From Bacteroidales bacterium (lineage in GTDB: Bacteria; Bacteroidota; Bacteroidia; Bacteroidales; WCHB1-69): a stretch of DNA of 43,186 nt. The stretch is from contig JAZUEE010000273.1 in the NCBI GenBank assembly GCA_045639985.1, positions 1 through 43,186 on the forward strand. The letters run 5' to 3'. A program made the position numbers and the translations under genes. Each line of letters starts with the position of its first letter. The stretch's first letter is position 1. Below the pieces are notes generated by a model, which worked only from the letters and a program-made list of their open reading frames with translations, had not been told where the DNA came from and ran no database searches. Below, piece by piece: positions 7,822 to 17,597 of the stretch.

Positions 7822-7834
7822 ACCGCCATTACAT

Positions 7835-8446
7835 TTATTTCACTAAGAAATCAAACATTTTCTCATCTTCCAAAAAGCCCTGTAATCGGTCATTGATTTT
7901 CACGGGGCCTACACCCACCGGCGTACCAGTAAAGATAATATCTCCTGTTTTCAACGTCATAAATTGGGAAACATACGAAATGATACGGTCAATTGAGAAA
8001 AGCATATCACGGCTATTACCCTGCTGCACTTTTTCGCCATTGAGCAACAAATGAAAGTTAAGGTTTTGGACATCTTCAAAACAGCTTTTGGAGACAAACT
8101 TACCTACCACAGCAGAGCCGTCAAAAGCTTTGGCGATTTCCCATGGATCGCCGACTTCAATACAGTGGCGTTGGATGTCTCGAGCGGTAAAATCCACCCC
8201 TAACCCAATTTCTTCATAATAGAGATGAGCAAACTTTTCCTGGATACATTTCCCCAAGCGGTTGATTTTAACTATAATTTCCGTCTCATAATCCACCTGT
8301 TTGGAAAAATCAGGAAGGAAAAACGGACGATTGCAGCGAGTAAGAGCATTTTCCTGTTTCATAAAAAAAACAGGGTGCTCAGGAACCGCATGATGTAATT
8401 CGGCAATATGTGCCGCATAGTTACGACCTATGCAAATAAACTTCAT
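7835..8446 (-). CDS. Fumarylacetoacetate hydrolase (FAH) family protein
   Basis: MKFICIGRNYAAHIAEL...FFMK...DYETEIIV...DFTARDIQ...PWEIAKAFDGS...ISYVSQFMTLKTGDIIFTGTPVGVG is the typical short FAH-family pattern. Confidence 0.85.
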   Translation of the reverse strand: MKFICIGRNYAAHIAELHHAVPEHPVFFMKQENALTRCNRPFFLPDFSKQVDYETEIIVKINRLGKCIQEKFAHLYYEEIGLGVDFTARDIQRHCIEVGDPWEIAKAFDGSAVVGKFVSKSCFEDVQNLNFHLLLNGEKVQQGNSRDMLFSIDRIISYVSQFMTLKTGDIIFTGTPVGVGPVKINDRLQGFLEDEKMFDFLVK

Positions 8447-8448
8447 AT

Positions 8449-9225
8449 TTAAAAGAAATTAATATGGGCTTCTATTTCAACGTAACCAAATTTCGCCTTG
8501 GGGTCAACTTTGAGCACGTCATTGTAAGCTTGGCCCTTCCCTTTAAAGAAATTCGTCAATGTATGCACATAATTAGCCATGATGCCGGCCCGCATTTTCG
8601 GAGTGACGGAATATTCAAAACCCAATCCCGCGTAAAAGGATTCTTTTAACACAGCTGCTTCATCATATTTTTGTTTTTGCCGTGACCAGACTTCCCCACT
8701 CAGCACACAGGCATCCACATTATTGGCATTGAGCAACAAGCTATTGTAAAATCCGGCATTCCCGCAAACGAAAAAGTTATTCAATGAATTTGTTTTCAAA
8801 GTAATACCCACAGGAACCATAATGTACATAGCCCTATAGGTTCTTGAAATCGCCGAATTTTCAGAAGCGCCGATATCAGGAAGAATCACTTTATCGCGGA
8901 AAGACAAAATTCCTCCAAGATGCTCCATAAAAACACCCGTTGACACATAGTAATTTTTCGTTTTGGTCAAATTGATATTCAAAGGTATTCCGTAGCGCAT
9001 TCCTACGACCATACCATCTCTTTCGTATCCATCCGTTTTACTATACATCCAATCAAATGTAGGAGCAAACGACAGACCGAAATTTACAGGCGCGCCCACG
9101 CCATCATCTTTAATAAACACCGGAACTGGATGTGGATGTGGATGATGGGGCTCACCATATTGAGCTATCACCGGGCAAAACAATCCGACACAAAGTATCG
9201 CACCCAATAAAAGTTTTTTCATCAT
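8449..9225 (-). CDS. Outer membrane beta-barrel protein (porin/PorT-like family), hypothetical
   Basis: Signal peptide MMKKLLLGAILCVGLFCPVIAQ, alternating hydrophobic beta-strand pattern, and a C-terminal aromatic end ...EIEAHINFF. Confidence 0.65.
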   Translation of the reverse strand: MMKKLLLGAILCVGLFCPVIAQYGEPHHPHPHPVPVFIKDDGVGAPVNFGLSFAPTFDWMYSKTDGYERDGMVVGMRYGIPLNINLTKTKNYYVSTGVFMEHLGGILSFRDKVILPDIGASENSAISRTYRAMYIMVPVGITLKTNSLNNFFVCGNAGFYNSLLLNANNVDACVLSGEVWSRQKQKYDEAAVLKESFYAGLGFEYSVTPKMRAGIMANYVHTLTNFFKGKGQAYNDVLKVDPKAKFGYVEIEAHINFF

Positions 9226-9237
9226 AATATTGTTGTA

Positions 9238-10263
9238 TTAAAAAAGTTCAGATTGTCCATTGGAAAATCTATTTTTACCCAAATGCACATAAGCCAAGTC
9301 AGTTGCCTCACGTCCACGTGGGGTGCGCATCATATAGCCCTCCTGAATAAGGAACGGTTCATACACCTCTTCAATCGTTCCGGGGTCCTCACTTACCGCA
9401 GTAGCTATGGTTGTAAGTCCCACAGGACCGCCTTTGAACTTGTCAATAATGGCACTCAAAATACGGTTATCCATTTCATCCAAGCCATGTTGGTCAACAT
9501 TAAGTGCTTTTAAGGCGACCTGAGTTATGGGCAACGTAATGGTTCCATCACCTTTGATTTGGGCAAAGTCACGAACACGTCTCAAAAGGAGATTGGCAAT
9601 ACGAGGTGTGCCACGACTTCGGGAGGCAATTTCGTATGCGGCATCGGCATGTATAGGTATTTCCAAAATAGATGCCGAGCGCGTAATGATTTTGGAAAGT
9701 GTTTCCGCATCATAATATTGCAAACGTAAATTGATACCAAAACGGGAACGCAGGGGGGCTGTCAACAAGCCCGAGCGTGTAGTCGCGCCCACCAACGTAA
9801 AAGGGTTGAGCGATATCTGCACACTACGAGCACTGGGGCCGCTGTCTATCATAATGTCGATTTTATAATCCTCCATGGCGGAATAGAGGTACTCTTCCAC
9901 AACGGGAGACAGACGATGAATTTCATCAATAAACAGGACATCGTGAGGTTCCAGATTCGTCAGGAGCCCTGCCAAATCACCTGGTTTGTCGATAACCGGG
10001 CCGGACGTACAACGCACATTGACACCCATTTCATTACCAATGATGTGCGACAAAGTGGTTTTTCCCAAACCGGGAGGTCCGTGCAACAGGACGTGGTCTA
10101 AGGCCTCTCCGCGCGCCTTAGCCGCATGGACAAACACCATAAGGTTTTCGAGCACTTGCTGCTGCCCTTGAAAATCCTGAAAAGCAGCAGGACGTATCGC
10201 CCGCTCAAACTCCTTGTCGGCAGAAGACATTCTATTGGCCGTAGGGTCAAGATTCTCATTCAT
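9238..10263 (-). CDS. ruvB: Holliday junction branch migration DNA helicase RuvB
   Basis: Walker [21 protein letters not shown], and the full-length RuvB pattern (LRP..F.DF.GQ..V...L). Confidence 0.97.
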   Translation of the reverse strand: MNENLDPTANRMSSADKEFERAIRPAAFQDFQGQQQVLENLMVFVHAAKARGEALDHVLLHGPPGLGKTTLSHIIGNEMGVNVRCTSGPVIDKPGDLAGLLTNLEPHDVLFIDEIHRLSPVVEEYLYSAMEDYKIDIMIDSGPSARSVQISLNPFTLVGATTRSGLLTAPLRSRFGINLRLQYYDAETLSKIITRSASILEIPIHADAAYEIASRSRGTPRIANLLLRRVRDFAQIKGDGTITLPITQVALKALNVDQHGLDEMDNRILSAIIDKFKGGPVGLTTIATAVSEDPGTIEEVYEPFLIQEGYMMRTPRGREATDLAYVHLGKNRFSNGQSELF

Positions 10264-10266
10264 ACT

Positions 10267-11271
10267 CTATCTGCTTTGCAATTTATCCAATCTGTTAAGT
10301 CCTAAAATGGCAGGTTCAAAATTCGTCTGTAACTTCAGCGCTGCCTGGTAATCCTTTCTTGCCTTGTCGTATTGTCCTAAATATTCGTAAGCCACGCCGC
10401 GATTGCAGACAGCATATACGAAATTGGGGTTGACACCTAACACGCGGGAAAAGAGCTTTACAGCTTCGCTGTATTTTTTAAAAGGTTCGTCCAGATATAA
10501 ATATCCAAGATTATTCAGTGCTGGAACATTTTTCGGGTCAATCTCTATTGTTGTTTTGTATTCTTGTTCCGCATTCTCCAATTGGCCCAAATCCTGATAC
10601 ATTTTGCCTAAATTGTAGTGGATTTCCACATTTTTAGGATCCACATTCAGCGCATTCTGATAATAACTTACTGCCAATGGGTCCATTCTTTGCTGATAGA
10701 AGTACCCCAATTCAAGATAGGCCTTCACCTCTTTCGGATCTTGGTCAATCACCAATTGCAGCATACGGAGATAACCCGTTGTATCCTGGTTTTCCTTCAG
10801 CATAAAGGCCTTTATCAAATATGCCTTGGGGTTATACTTCTGCAACTTCACAGCTTCTTCTATAGTGCTGTTACACTGGTCCATCATACGCAAATGGAAA
10901 TACAATTCAGCCAATTTCAATCTGGCCTCATTATTACTCGGCTGCTTTTTAATGGCCGTTTGCAACATCTCTTCTGCTAAGTCTGTTTCTCTCTGTGCAA
11001 AATAAAGGTCGGACAATTTCACATAATACTTACTGCTATCCGGCTGCAATTTGATGGCGACCTGCATATCGGCAATACCTTTATCAATATCCTTATGATA
11101 ATAATAATAATCGGCACGCTGATAATACAATTCAGACTTCTTCGGATGTCTGTCAATATTTTTGCATAGCTCAGCCAACTCTTTCGGCAAATCCGCATAC
11201 TTCTTATTGGAAGTACAGCTGCCCAATGCCAGAGCGCCACATAACAAGATTAGAAAGATTCTGTATCGCAT
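10267..11271 (-). CDS. Tetratricopeptide (TPR) repeat lipoprotein
   Basis: Lipobox LALGSC. Repeated 34-aa TPR-like units with A..Y...G.....A...Y..AL..DP patterns. Confidence 0.85.
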   Translation of the reverse strand: MRYRIFLILLCGALALGSCTSNKKYADLPKELAELCKNIDRHPKKSELYYQRADYYYYHKDIDKGIADMQVAIKLQPDSSKYYVKLSDLYFAQRETDLAEEMLQTAIKKQPSNNEARLKLAELYFHLRMMDQCNSTIEEAVKLQKYNPKAYLIKAFMLKENQDTTGYLRMLQLVIDQDPKEVKAYLELGYFYQQRMDPLAVSYYQNALNVDPKNVEIHYNLGKMYQDLGQLENAEQEYKTTIEIDPKNVPALNNLGYLYLDEPFKKYSEAVKLFSRVLGVNPNFVYAVCNRGVAYEYLGQYDKARKDYQAALKLQTNFEPAILGLNRLDKLQSR

Positions 11272-11277
11272 ATAATT

Positions 11278-12300
11278 TTAGTGCATATTGTTTTTAATTG
11301 CCTCACGAATTTTAGCTTCAATTTCGTCTGCCAATTCCGGGTTGTCCGCCAACAAGTTCTTAACAGCTTCACGTCCTTGAGCCAGTTTGCTGTCTCCATA
11401 CGAGAACCAAGAGCCCGATTTCTTCACTATATCATATTCCACACCGAGATCAACGATTTCACCGGTTTTGGAGATGCCACCGCCATACATGATGTCAAAC
11501 TCTGCCTGACGGAATGGAGGAGCCACTTTGTTTTTCACCACTTTCACTTTAACGTGATTACCTACAGACATATCGCCATCCTTAATTTGGGCTTGGCGAC
11601 GGATATCCAAACGCACCGAAGCATAGAATTTCAACGCATTACCGCCGGTAGTTGTTTCTGGATTACCGAAAAGGACGCCGATTTTCTCGCGCAATTGGTT
11701 GATAAAGATACAGCAGCAGCCCGTTTTATTGATTGTGGCAGTCAATTTACGTAGCGCTTGAGACATCAGTCGTGCTTGCAAGCCGACTTTAGAGTCGCCC
11801 ATATCACCTTCGATTTCGCTTTTCGGAGTCAGTGCGGCCACTGAGTCTATGACAATGATGTCGATAGCGCCCGAGCGAATAAGGTTATCCGCGATTTCGA
11901 GGGCCTGCTCTCCGTTATCCGGTTGGGAAATCAGCAAATCCGACGTATTGACGCCCAATTTTTCCGCATAGAAGCGGTCGAAGGCGTGTTCAGCATCGAT
12001 AAAGGCAGCGATACCGCCCTGTTTCTGAGCTTCTGCAATAGCATGAATAGCCAATGTCGTTTTACCGGAAGACTCTGGTCCGTAAATTTCAATAATTCGT
12101 CCTTTTGGGAAACCACCTACGCCGAGGGCAGCGTCCAAGCCGATAGAACCGGTAGAGATCACATCCATTTCCTCTACGTTGGTATCGCCCATTCTCATTA
12201 TAGAACCCTTACCAAAAGTCTTTTCCAATTTCTCCAAAGTGGAGTTGAGCACTTTTAATTTTTCAGCGTTTACGCTGCTTTTAATTTCTGCATTATCCAT
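11278..12300 (-). CDS. recA: Recombinase RecA
   Basis: [50 protein letters not shown], and the L2 region [20 protein letters not shown]. Confidence 0.98.
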   Translation of the reverse strand: MDNAEIKSSVNAEKLKVLNSTLEKLEKTFGKGSIMRMGDTNVEEMDVISTGSIGLDAALGVGGFPKGRIIEIYGPESSGKTTLAIHAIAEAQKQGGIAAFIDAEHAFDRFYAEKLGVNTSDLLISQPDNGEQALEIADNLIRSGAIDIIVIDSVAALTPKSEIEGDMGDSKVGLQARLMSQALRKLTATINKTGCCCIFINQLREKIGVLFGNPETTTGGNALKFYASVRLDIRRQAQIKDGDMSVGNHVKVKVVKNKVAPPFRQAEFDIMYGGGISKTGEIVDLGVEYDIVKKSGSWFSYGDSKLAQGREAVKNLLADNPELADEIEAKIREAIKNNMH

Positions 12301-12331
12301 AGTTTTGTTTTTTTTTAGTTTAGAACGAGCG

Positions 12332-12339
12332 CAAAAATA
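12332..12339 (-). promoter_or_regulatory. Bacteroidetes-type -7 box (TATTTTTG) upstream of recA
   Basis: The reverse complement TATTTTTG lies 31 nt upstream of the recA ATG at 12300. Confidence 0.45.
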
Positions 12340-12370
12340 AAGAATCCACGCATAAGAAAACCAGCATTAT

Positions 12371-12388
12371 TTAACACAAATTTGTTAA
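12371..12388. promoter_or_regulatory. Palindromic candidate operator TTAACA-N6-TGTTAA (site 1) upstream of recA
   Basis: Perfect 6+6 inverted repeat TTAACAcaaattTGTTAA. A second site with identical arms lies 63 bp away. Confidence 0.35.
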
Positions 12389-12433
12389 ATCAAAAACAGT
12401 CATTCTACTGAAAATCAACAAACAGGGTTAAAT

Positions 12434-12451
12434 TTAACATATAATTGTTAA
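12434..12451. promoter_or_regulatory. Palindromic candidate operator TTAACA-N6-TGTTAA (site 2) upstream of recA
   Basis: TTAACAtataatTGTTAA. It overlaps a 12-bp perfect palindrome GTTAAATTTAAC (12428-12439). Confidence 0.35.
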
Positions 12452-12511
12452 TGAATTTTTCGGAATATTTCAGACGTACATTCCCCATCTGAAGCGAAAA
12501 GTCCTTAACGA

Positions 12512-13459
12512 CTATCTGTTATTCAGCCAATTCATAACATTATTGAAAATGCGTTCATCCGCATTATCGGTATCAGCAGGAACGAATTTTTCGCCTATGA
12601 TATTTTCATACAATTCAATGTAGCGATTTGTAATTCCATTTACCACTTCTTCCGTCATTTCAGGGACCTTTTGACCTTCCTGTCCTTGAAATCCGTTGGC
12701 CATCAGCCATTCGCGGACAAATTCCTTGGAAAGTTGTTTTTGGGGCAATCCCTGTTTAAAATTCTCTTCATATCCTTTGGCATAGAAATAGCGGGAGGAG
12801 TCAGGCGTATGGATTTCATCAATCAAATATATTTTACCATCGCGCTTGCCGAATTCGTATTTGGTATCAACCAAAATAAGTCCTTGTTTTTCTGCTATTT
12901 CCGTGCCGCGTTGGAACAATTTGAGCGTATAATCTTCAATAACTGCATAATCTTCTGGAGACACCAAACCTTGGGCTAAGATTTCCTCTTTGGAAATATC
13001 GGCATCGTGTTCGCCCTGTTCTGCTTTCGTGGTCGGAGTGATAATAGGAGTGGGGAATTTTTGGTTCTCGCGCATTCCATCGGGCAGGATATTGCCGCAA
13101 AGATTGCGGTTCCCTTTTTGGTAGGAACGCCACGCGCTACCGCAAAGATAGCCGCGGACAATCATTTCCACTGGAAAACCTTGGCAAAGGACGCCGGCTG
13201 TCACCATCGGGTCAGGAGTGGCCATTTTCCAGTTAGGACAAATATCCTTCGTAGCATCCAAAAATTTAGCGGCAATCTGATTCAGGATTTGGCCTTTGCA
13301 GGGAATGCCTTTAGGGAGGATGACATCGAAAGCGGAAATTCTATCGGATGCGACCATCACTAAAACTTCATCATTTACATTATATACGTCACGAACTTTT
13401 CCGTGATAAACACTTTTTTGATTGGGGAAATTAAAATTGGTATTTGTAATTGCTGCCAT
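12512..13459 (-). CDS. purC: Phosphoribosylaminoimidazole-succinocarboxamide synthase (SAICAR synthetase)
   Basis: [29 protein letters not shown] and [11 protein letters not shown] are typical of long-form PurC. Start chosen at MAAITNT (13459), downstream of a -7 box. Confidence 0.95.
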   Translation of the reverse strand: MAAITNTNFNFPNQKSVYHGKVRDVYNVNDEVLVMVASDRISAFDVILPKGIPCKGQILNQIAAKFLDATKDICPNWKMATPDPMVTAGVLCQGFPVEMIVRGYLCGSAWRSYQKGNRNLCGNILPDGMRENQKFPTPIITPTTKAEQGEHDADISKEEILAQGLVSPEDYAVIEDYTLKLFQRGTEIAEKQGLILVDTKYEFGKRDGKIYLIDEIHTPDSSRYFYAKGYEENFKQGLPQKQLSKEFVREWLMANGFQGQEGQKVPEMTEEVVNGITNRYIELYENIIGEKFVPADTDNADERIFNNVMNWLNNR

Positions 13460-13484
13460 TGTATTTGGGTTTAAAAAAGAGCCG

Positions 13485-13492
13485 CAAAAATA
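13485..13492 (-). promoter_or_regulatory. Bacteroidetes-type -7 box (TATTTTTG) for purC
   Basis: The reverse complement TATTTTTG lies 25 nt upstream of the ATG at 13459. Confidence 0.45.
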
Positions 13493-13538
13493 CAAAATAA
13501 TGTATAACGTTTAAGTTTCAAGGTTACGTCATCTTATT

Positions 13539-13594
13539 TTCACATTACCGCATTATCACATTGCCGCATTAACATATTTGCACATTGCCGCATT
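13539..13594 (+). repeat. Seven in-phase tandem octamers, consensus NNCRCATT
   Basis: ttcacatt accgcatt atcacatt gccgcatt aacatatt tgcacatt gccgcatt, with no phase slip, in the divergent purC/acyltransferase intergenic region, overlapping the -33 region of the plus-strand promoter. Confidence 0.7.
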
Positions 13595-13607
13595 TTTTCT
13601 ATCTTTG
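13577..13607 (+). promoter_or_regulatory. Bacteroidetes-type promoter (-33 TTTG, 19-nt spacer, -7 TATCTTTG) for the acyltransferase-GT9-lpxH-era run
   Basis: TTTG at 13577-13580 and TATCTTTG at 13600-13607, with the ATG 26 nt downstream at 13634. Confidence 0.5.
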
Positions 13608-13633
13608 CCGCCCTTAATTTGGCAGTGAGTTTT

Positions 13634-14776
13634 ATGGAAAATTTTGACGACATCCGACCCTACAACGAGGACGAAGCCCCAGCGGCGTATCGTCTTCTGA
13701 TGGATGATAAACGCTTCCAGGATGCCATTCTAAAATGTCTTCCCAACTACACAATTGATGACTTCCGTCACGATTTTGACAACTACCACTGCATCTATGA
13801 CGTGCAGGCCAATTTCATCCGACGGTTTATTGAAGTCTTCGTCAATCAATTCTCCAAAGGAGTAACTTTCCGAGGCATTGAGAACGTGGAACCAGGAAAA
13901 GCATATCTTTATATTGCCAATCATCGTGACATCACCTTTGATTCTGCCCTCCTACAATATTATTTCTTCTTGGAGAAAAGAATCACTTCCAAAATCGCCA
14001 TTGGAGACAATCTGATTTCGACACCCGTTTTAGGCGAAGTGGCACGTCTCAACAAAATGTTCTTAGTCAAACGTTCGGGTTCTTTACGCGAAAAACTGGC
14101 AAACTTCCAGCATCTTTCCGCCTACATCCAGCAAAGTCTATGGAACGAAAAAGAGTCCGTATGGATTGCCCAACGCGACGGTCGCACCAAAGACGGATAC
14201 GATTTCACCAAACAAGGATTGATAAAAATGGTTTCCATGGGTCACGACAAAACGCTGATTGAAACCATCCGACAACTTCACATCACGCCGACGACCGTAA
14301 GCTATGAATACGAGCCCTGCGATGCCTTAAAAGCCAGAGAGTTGGCCTTAAGCGAGAACGGACATTACCAAAAATATCCGGGCGAGGATTTCGACAGCAT
14401 CAAGCATGGCATTTTTGATGCCAAAGGACGTATCTCCTTAACGATTGGAACGCCCATCGACAAAGAACTCGACGTGATTCCTACAGACATTAACAACAAC
14501 GACAAATTGTTCCACGTGTGCCAAATTATTGACCACCAAATCTATCAGGCCTATACTTTATATCCCAACAACTATATTGCCAATGATTTGATGCACGGCA
14601 GCGAACAATATCGTGAGTATTATACTACAGAAGAAAAAACGCATTTTTTGGACTATCTGCACAAGAAGGCCATTGTGCGCGATGTTTCGGAAGAAAAAAT
14701 GATGTACTATTTGCTTCGCATCTACGGAACACCTGTTGACAATCATTATAACAAACCCATAAATAGAAGACAATAA
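13634..14776 (+). CDS. Glycerol/lysophospholipid acyltransferase family protein (PlsC-like)
   Basis: YIANHRDITFDSALLQY acyltransferase motif block, LVKRSG and AQRDGRTKDG blocks. About 380 aa, as in the Bacteroidetes long acyltransferase family. Start at the ATG at 13634, not the TTG at 13619. Confidence 0.75.
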   Translation: MENFDDIRPYNEDEAPAAYRLLMDDKRFQDAILKCLPNYTIDDFRHDFDNYHCIYDVQANFIRRFIEVFVNQFSKGVTFRGIENVEPGKAYLYIANHRDITFDSALLQYYFFLEKRITSKIAIGDNLISTPVLGEVARLNKMFLVKRSGSLREKLANFQHLSAYIQQSLWNEKESVWIAQRDGRTKDGYDFTKQGLIKMVSMGHDKTLIETIRQLHITPTTVSYEYEPCDALKARELALSENGHYQKYPGEDFDSIKHGIFDAKGRISLTIGTPIDKELDVIPTDINNNDKLFHVCQIIDHQIYQAYTLYPNNYIANDLMHGSEQYREYYTTEEKTHFLDYLHKKAIVRDVSEEKMMYYLLRIYGTPVDNHYNKPINRRQ

Positions 14777-14788
14777 ACATTTATTACT

Positions 14789-15799
14789 ATGGATGAAATA
14801 CAACCCCCGTCGGCGATTAGAATTTTGATAATCCGATTAAGTTCCATCGGAGATATCGTATTGACGACCCCTGTGATTCGAGCCGTGAAAAATCAAGTTC
14901 CCGGTATAGAATTGCACTTCTTGACAAAAAAAGAAAACGAGCAGGTTCTTGCTCCTAATCCTTACATTGACAAACTCCATCTTTATGACAAACAAAACAC
15001 CTCGTCTGTCATTCAAGAGTTGAGCGATGTCAAATTTGACTACATCATTGATTTACAACGGAATCATCGTTCAAAGCAGATTAGAAGGGCGTTAAAAGTC
15101 CCCTACTCCACCTTCCCAAAAGTCAACTTCAAAAAATGGATGAGCGTCTATTTGAAGCTCAACTTCCTACCTGATGTACACATTGTGGATAGATATTTTG
15201 AGTCTGTTATCGATTTAGACGTACACAACGACCATCAGGGACTTGACTTTTTCATTCCCAAAGAAGAAGAATTTGATGAAGATGACCTACCGATGGTATT
15301 TGAAGATGGCTTTGTGGCCGTGGTTTTGGCCGGACAACATGCCACCAAACGCATTCCGGTTCGCAAAATCGTTGAAATCGGCAGCATTTTACACAAACCC
15401 ATCATGTTGTTGGGTGGTAAAGACGTACATGACGTAGGAGAAGAAGTTGTGGACCAGCTCGGCGAGCGTGCCTATAATGGATGCGGCAAGTTTTCCCTTT
15501 ATCAGTCCTGTTCTATTCTAAAGCAAGCTGACAGCGTGATTACAGGAGACACCGGGCTCATGCACGTTGCCGCCGCCTTTAACAAACCAACAGCCGTACT
15601 TTGGGGCAATACCATTCCTGAATTCGGCATGTATCCCTACATGCCTGGCCGCCGCACCAATTTCCGAAATTTTGAAGTTTGCCCGCTCATCTGCCGACCT
15701 TGTTCCAAACTCGGTCTTGACAAATGTCCTCACAAGCATTTCAAATGTATGAATAACATTCCTGCCAGCGAAGTAGCCGACTGGATTAACAGATTTTAA
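14789..15799 (+). CDS. Glycosyltransferase family 9 (LPS heptosyltransferase-like)
   Basis: ILIIRLSSIGDIVLTTPVIRAVK N-terminus and the C-terminal TGDTGLMHVAAAFNKP motif, both typical of GT9. Confidence 0.85.
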   Translation: MDEIQPPSAIRILIIRLSSIGDIVLTTPVIRAVKNQVPGIELHFLTKKENEQVLAPNPYIDKLHLYDKQNTSSVIQELSDVKFDYIIDLQRNHRSKQIRRALKVPYSTFPKVNFKKWMSVYLKLNFLPDVHIVDRYFESVIDLDVHNDHQGLDFFIPKEEEFDEDDLPMVFEDGFVAVVLAGQHATKRIPVRKIVEIGSILHKPIMLLGGKDVHDVGEEVVDQLGERAYNGCGKFSLYQSCSILKQADSVITGDTGLMHVAAAFNKPTAVLWGNTIPEFGMYPYMPGRRTNFRNFEVCPLICRPCSKLGLDKCPHKHFKCMNNIPASEVADWINRF

Positions 15800-15801
15800 C
15801 G

Positions 15802-16587
15802 ATGAAGCGCTCTTTCTTTGCAAACCCTATACATATAGAAGGTAATGTCCTGTTTCTGTCAGATGCCCACTTGGGCACGACATCCGAATGGACAAGTTCG
15901 CAAAGAGAGGAAATGCTCATACAATTGCTGAATGACTACAAGGAAAAAATCGATCATTTGCTCTTATTAGGTGACATTTTTGATTATTGGTTTGAATATA
16001 ACGATGTCGTACCCAAAGGCTTTTTCCGACTTTTTAACACCTTGTACGAATTAAACCAAGCAGGCATTAAAATCTATTTTTTCACAGGAAATCACGACCA
16101 ATGGGTAAAGGACTATTTTTCCAAAGAGTTCGGATGCCAGATTTATTACGACCAGCAGGCGATATGCCTCAATGGGAAACGCTGTTTAATTGGACATGGA
16201 GACGGAATTGGAGGGAAACAATACAAGTATCTTTTTCTCAAGCACCTCTTCTCTTTCAAATCCAGCAAAATATTTTACAGCTTACTGCACACCCGTTTGT
16301 CTTTTGCCATTGCTCGGTGGATTTCCAAAAAGAGCCGCGCCGCGCATTCCGATAATGGTTCAGACTTTAAAGGAGAAGAAGAACATCAGACGCTGTTCGC
16401 CCGCCAAGTGTTAGAAAAAGAGTCCATCGATTACTTCATCTACGGGCATCGGCACATTCCTATAGAATATCCGCTGTCTGGACAATCATTCTTATTCAAT
16501 ACGGGTGACTGGCTGACACATTTCAGCTATCTTCTTTTCAACAAAGAAGATGAATATCCCCAATTACACTATTACCAACAAAATTAG
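15802..16587 (+). CDS. lpxH: UDP-2,3-diacylglucosamine diphosphatase (LpxH-type metallophosphoesterase)
   Basis: Calcineurin-like motifs LFLSDAHLG, LLLGDIFDYW, GNHD and GHGD, ~260 aa, next to an LPS-core GT9 gene. Confidence 0.75.
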   Translation: MKRSFFANPIHIEGNVLFLSDAHLGTTSEWTSSQREEMLIQLLNDYKEKIDHLLLLGDIFDYWFEYNDVVPKGFFRLFNTLYELNQAGIKIYFFTGNHDQWVKDYFSKEFGCQIYYDQQAICLNGKRCLIGHGDGIGGKQYKYLFLKHLFSFKSSKIFYSLLHTRLSFAIARWISKKSRAAHSDNGSDFKGEEEHQTLFARQVLEKESIDYFIYGHRHIPIEYPLSGQSFLFNTGDWLTHFSYLLFNKEDEYPQLHYYQQN

Positions 16588-16590
16588 ATT

Positions 16591-17505
16591 ATGATTCCAA
16601 ACACCATAGAAGATATACAAAACCATCGCGCTGGATTCGTCAACCTCATCGGCAATCCCAATGTCGGGAAAAGCACCTTGATGAACCAATTGGTTGGCGA
16701 AAAAATCTCAATCATGACTTCGAAGGCGCAAACCACGCGCCACCGCATCAAAGGGATTGTAAACGGAGACGACTATCAAATCGTCTATTCCGACCTTCCC
16801 GGCGTATTAGACCCTGCCTACAAAATGCAAGAAATGATGATGCGATTCGTTGTGGATTCCCTGCAAGATGCCGACATCATTCTCTACCTGATAGAATGTG
16901 GTGAGACAAAATATAACGCAGAATTAGTTGAGAAAATCAAAGCCCTCGGCCGTCCCATTGTCTTAATCATCAATAAAATTGACAAATACACTTCCGAAGA
17001 GGTAAATTCCGCACAATGTTTTTGGAAAGAAGTCTTCCCTGAAGCAGACGTTTTCGCCATCTCTGCTCTAAAAGGGACTAATATTGACATTCTTCGAAAT
17101 CGCATTGTCGAACTACTTCCGCTTTGTCCACCATATTTTCCAAAAGATGCACTCACTGACCGTCCAATGCGCTTCTTCGTCTCCGAACTCATCAGAGAAC
17201 AAATTCTTTTACAATACAAAAAGGAAATCCCCTACAGCGTAGAGGTAGTGGTGGACAGCTACAAAGAGGATGAGAACCTCATCCGCATCGGCGCGACACT
17301 CTATGTGGAACGTGACACGCAAAAGGCCATCATCATCGGAAGCAAAGGTTCTGCCATCAAGAAATTAGGCACCGACGCACGCACCTCCATCGAAGACTTC
17401 CTCCAAAAGCACATCTTCTTGGACCTCTCCGTCAAAGTACTCAAAGACTGGCGCAACAGCGACCTGCTTATGAAGAAGTTTGGATATGACTATGGAGAGA
17501 AGTAA
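16591..17505 (+). CDS. era: GTPase Era
   Basis: G1 GNPNVGKST, G3 DLPG, G4 NKID, and a C-terminal KH domain (VERDTQKAIIIGSKGSAIKKLG). Confidence 0.95.
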   Translation: MIPNTIEDIQNHRAGFVNLIGNPNVGKSTLMNQLVGEKISIMTSKAQTTRHRIKGIVNGDDYQIVYSDLPGVLDPAYKMQEMMMRFVVDSLQDADIILYLIECGETKYNAELVEKIKALGRPIVLIINKIDKYTSEEVNSAQCFWKEVFPEADVFAISALKGTNIDILRNRIVELLPLCPPYFPKDALTDRPMRFFVSELIREQILLQYKKEIPYSVEVVVDSYKEDENLIRIGATLYVERDTQKAIIIGSKGSAIKKLGTDARTSIEDFLQKHIFLDLSVKVLKDWRNSDLLMKKFGYDYGEK

Positions 17506-17559
17506 ACAATGTACAATGAATAATGATTAAAGGTAAATGATAGGTTAAGAAGCTTTATT

Positions 17560-17591
17560 ATCACATTAACACATTATCGCATTATCACATT
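17560..17591 (+). repeat. Four in-phase tandem octamers (atcacatt aacacatt atcgcatt atcacatt), same family as 13539-13594
   Basis: Read directly from the sequence. The array ends 6 nt before the hutI ATG at 17598. Inverted AATG-rich units lie at 17508-17545. Confidence 0.65.
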
Positions 17592-17597
17592 ACTCTT

